The notes beneath the pieces were generated by a model. It was given only the letters and a program-made list of their open reading frames with translations. It was not told where the DNA came from and did no database searches. 64,000 nt of DNA, from positions 416,001 to 480,000 of the forward strand of contig CBDCYI010000011.1 in NCBI GenBank assembly GCA_965224085.1, given 5' to 3'. A program made the translations under genes and the position numbers. The number at the start of each line of letters is the position of its first letter. Within the stretch, counting starts at the first letter, position 1. Shown piece by piece: positions 61,456-64,000 of the stretch. Origin of the DNA: Candidatus Marinacidobacterales bacterium (lineage in GTDB: Bacteria; Acidobacteriota; Vicinamibacteria; Marinacidobacterales; SMYC01).

Positions 61456-62045
61456 ATGTCAGCAACCACGCGGCAGGTTCACTATAGCTACGCGGAGTAT
61501 CTCACGCTCGAGATGCATGCCACCGTCCGGCATGAGTATCTCGACGGCGAAATCTACGCGATGGCAGGCGGTTCTCCGGATCATGCCGCCCTAGCCGCTG
61601 CTGTCATCGCCTTGTTGGCGCCACAGCTACCATCCGGCTGCCGGACCTACGATCCGGCTGCCGGGTGTTTACCTCGGACCTACGAGTGCGAATCGTCGAC
61701 AGTGGCTTGTCAACTTACCCAGACGCTGCCGTTGTCTGCGGCGCTACGGAGCGCGCATCGGATGACGGCCTGGCGGTTGTGAATCCCGTGCTTGTCGTCG
61801 AAGTAACGAGCCCTTCAACCGATGCGTATGACCGCGGTGACAAATTGCGCCCCTACAAGTTGCTCGCGAGCGTACGAGAGGTACTCATCGTCTCTCACGA
61901 AGAACCTCGATTGACTCTCCATCGCAAGGAAGGTGACGCGTGGACGACTCTCACGGCTGGTCCTGATGAGAAACTCGCACTCGCGAGGTTCTCGGGCGAG
62001 CTCGCGGTCGACGAGTTATATGGCGCTGGTTTGGAAGACTCCTAG
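61456..62045 (+). pseudogene. Uma2-family endonuclease, frameshifted by a 20-nt tandem duplication
   Basis: RHEYLDGEIYAMAGGSPDH; TYPDAAVVC, VEVTSPST..YDRGDK in the next frame. Confidence 0.85.
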
Positions 62046-62246
62046 CCAGAGTTCCGGACTACAGGTGCCACGCTTTTGTCCCAGGTGGAGTTTTTTCGGT
62101 GCACACGCGTGCGGAGACCTCAAGTAGTACTTTAAGTTAACTTCGCCAGGGCGGAGTTCGTCGGGCTAGTTGCGCCGGTGGTGGTGCCCCGGGCGGAGTT
62201 CAGCCAGACAGCTGCCAGCTACGACGGTGCTAGACTCACCCGCGGA

Positions 62247-62726
62247 ATGCCTTTCGAAATTCTCGGAGCCACTCCGGACGACGGTCCCGACCTCATCGAG
62301 CTTTTGCCTCGCCTCGGAGCGTTTCCAAGACCCGCGCACCGATCCCGAGACGAGATCCATCAATCCGATGCGCGCGTTATCCAGAAATGGATCGACGGGG
62401 GCGAGCCCGACTGCGTGATCGTCATCGCGCGTGATGAGGGTGCCACGCGGGCGCTGCTCGGCTTCGCCCTTGCGCGCATGCAGCCGGATGCTATCAATGG
62501 AGAACCGAGCGCACATCTAGAAGCTCTGGCTGTCGCGGACGGTGCCGAAGGCAAGGGCGTCGGCTCAGCGCTAATCGAACGAGGCGAGCAAATCGCGATC
62601 AAAAAGGGAGCGAACACGATGACGCTGCATGTGTTCCCGACGAACCGACGCGCGATCACGCTCTATGAACGCAGGGGCTATTCCGCTGAGTGGATCCGCT
62701 ACATCAAACCGCTCCGCGGAGGGTAG
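62247..62726 (+). CDS. GNAT-family N-acetyltransferase
   Basis: LAV..AEGKGVGSALI, LHVFPTNRRAITLYERRGY. Confidence 0.88.
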   Translation: MPFEILGATPDDGPDLIELLPRLGAFPRPAHRSRDEIHQSDARVIQKWIDGGEPDCVIVIARDEGATRALLGFALARMQPDAINGEPSAHLEALAVADGAEGKGVGSALIERGEQIAIKKGANTMTLHVFPTNRRAITLYERRGYSAEWIRYIKPLRGG

Positions 62727-62839
62727 AGCTTCTGAATCCCGTGATTCGCAGAAAGCTAGGCTCTTTCTGGTTTTGACGTAGCTCGATAGACCGTCCTATT
62801 CTTTTTCCGGACGTACTTCGGTGATATCGTGGGGCTCCA

Positions 62840-63150
62840 ATGGCCCTCACCGCTGGTACGTGCCTAGGACCATACGAAATCCTCGCGCCTATCGGCGCTG
62901 GAGGAATGCACGAGCTCTACTAGGCGCAGGATACGCGTCTGAATCGCATCGTCGCGATCAAGGTCCTTCCCGAACACCTCGCCGAAAGTCCTGAAGCGAA
63001 AACATCATGCTCGTGGTACGGGTCACCACCGAGCCGAGCTTCGCTGCAGAGGCAGCGGTGGAGCTATTCGACGGACCTTGTCTCGACGCGCTTGGCCGCT
63101 ACTACGATGTCGCGCTCGACGGCAGGTTTTTGATGGTAAAGCCCGGTTGG
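62840..63150 (+). pseudogene. Collapsed Ser/Thr kinase-PD40 gene (first ~55 and last ~50 codons only)
   Basis: [43 protein letters not shown] joined to VTTEPSF...YYDVALDGRFLMVK. Confidence 0.75.
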
Positions 63151-63159
63151 CTGAGCGCT

Positions 63160-63241
63160 CGCCGAGGTCGCGCCAGAACGCGACGGACTTGCCCCAATTG
63201 TGGGTTTCGACGATGAGACCTTCGATACCATTACTGCTCAT
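63160..63241 (-). pseudogene. VOC/glyoxalase N-terminal remnant
   Basis: MSSNGIEGLIVETHNWGKSVAFWRDLG. Confidence 0.6.
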
Positions 63242-63407
63242 TTTCTGGCTCCTTCTCCTCGCCGTTTGATGGGTCGCCGAGGTATTCAAGCAAAGCCGCG
63301 ACCACACATGCGAAGAGCGATTGCTCAGTATCAACCGCGTGGTGTTTCAATCGACGGATCAGCGTGACCGGGAGGTAGACGTTGAACTGCTTGACCTCCG
63401 CGTCCAT
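63231..63407 (-). CDS. CopG/RHH-type small DNA-binding protein (58 aa, not in the ORF track)
   Basis: MDAEVKQFNVYLPVTLIRRLKHHAVDTEQSL...ALLEYL. Confidence 0.75.
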   Translation of the reverse strand: MDAEVKQFNVYLPVTLIRRLKHHAVDTEQSLFACVVAALLEYLGDPSNGEEKEPENEQ

Positions 63408-63431
63408 ACTATTATACTAGTATAATAGTAT
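63406..63431. promoter_or_regulatory. Perfect 26-bp palindrome, candidate operator and bidirectional -10 region
   Basis: ATACTATTATACTAGTATAATAGTAT; contains TATAAT on both strands. Confidence 0.75.
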
Positions 63432-63534
63432 AATAGGAAAGAAACGCAACCTCTCGCGAGAAGGGCTTCTCATGGGGCGTTGGTGCCAGCTTCATCGCGG
63501 CAAGGCTCTTCGTGAAACGCACTTGGAGGCAAGA

Positions 63535-63912
63535 GTGGCAAACGTCAGGTACATGGTCAGCAACACCGAGTCGGCGGTAGCTTTCTATACCAACCACCTC
63601 GGTTTCGAGCTCAAGAAGAATTTCGGCCGTTTCGCTATGGTCACTCTAGGAGACTTGACCCTATGGCTCAGCGACCCCAAAACCTCGGCACGCAGACCGA
63701 TGTCCGACGGGCGCGAGCCTGAGCCGGGCGGTTGGAATCGCATCTTCGTCGAGGTCGATGACCTGGAGTCCACCGTCGAGAGACTTGGACGGGCCGGAGT
63801 TCACTTCCGCAACGAGATTGTCAGCGGCGTGGGTGGCAAGCAGGTCTTAATCGAAGACCAAGATGGTAACCCGATAGAGGTGTTCGAGGCTTCCCCGGAC
63901 CGTCCAACTTAG
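63535..63912 (+). CDS. VOC/glyoxalase family protein
   Basis: VRYMV...AFYTNHLGF, PGGWNRI, GGKQVLIEDQDGNPIEVF; SD GGAGG. Confidence 0.88.
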   Translation: MANVRYMVSNTESAVAFYTNHLGFELKKNFGRFAMVTLGDLTLWLSDPKTSARRPMSDGREPEPGGWNRIFVEVDDLESTVERLGRAGVHFRNEIVSGVGGKQVLIEDQDGNPIEVFEASPDRPT

Positions 63913-64000
63913 ATACACGATACGCTGCTCTGCCGACGAGATGATCGTGTGTCTCGGCTACCCGGGCGAAAAGCAAGCGATTATGCGCTCGGCGAGCAAA

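Overview
GC-rich bacterial DNA from a Gram-negative (LPS-producing) organism. The Ser/Thr kinase-PD40 proteins, DUF4388 proteins and tandem DUF507 genes suggest Acidobacteriota (Vicinamibacteria-like); that placement is inference. The left 36 kb is mostly intact housekeeping DNA: a trpEGDCFBA + DAHP synthase operon with a ribosome-dependent attenuator (leader MFYRTRSAQDRFWRWWCG), a K+ channel, tRNA-Leu(GAG), secG-tpiA-pgk, a cobalamin-riboswitch-controlled B12 uptake/salvage operon that sits between pgk and gap, signalling genes, and a waaA-lpxK-lpxL-waaF-gmhB-hldE(II) LPS operon. The right 28 kb, plus a patch beside tRNA-Leu, is accessory and heavily decayed: a collapsed aromatic-catabolism operon, vapBC, an M23 protein, hsp20, tRNA-Asp(GTC) followed by island-like DNA, a tyrosine-recombinase + IS91-like element, SulP, cysteine dioxygenase and many gene remnants. 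The most striking pattern is that many genes keep their two ends but have lost their middle, apparently at short microhomologies. This seems to include the heptose kinase of the LPS operon, reduced to about 55 nt. No CRISPR array or rRNA was seen. All family assignments come from motif recognition by eye, not database searches.
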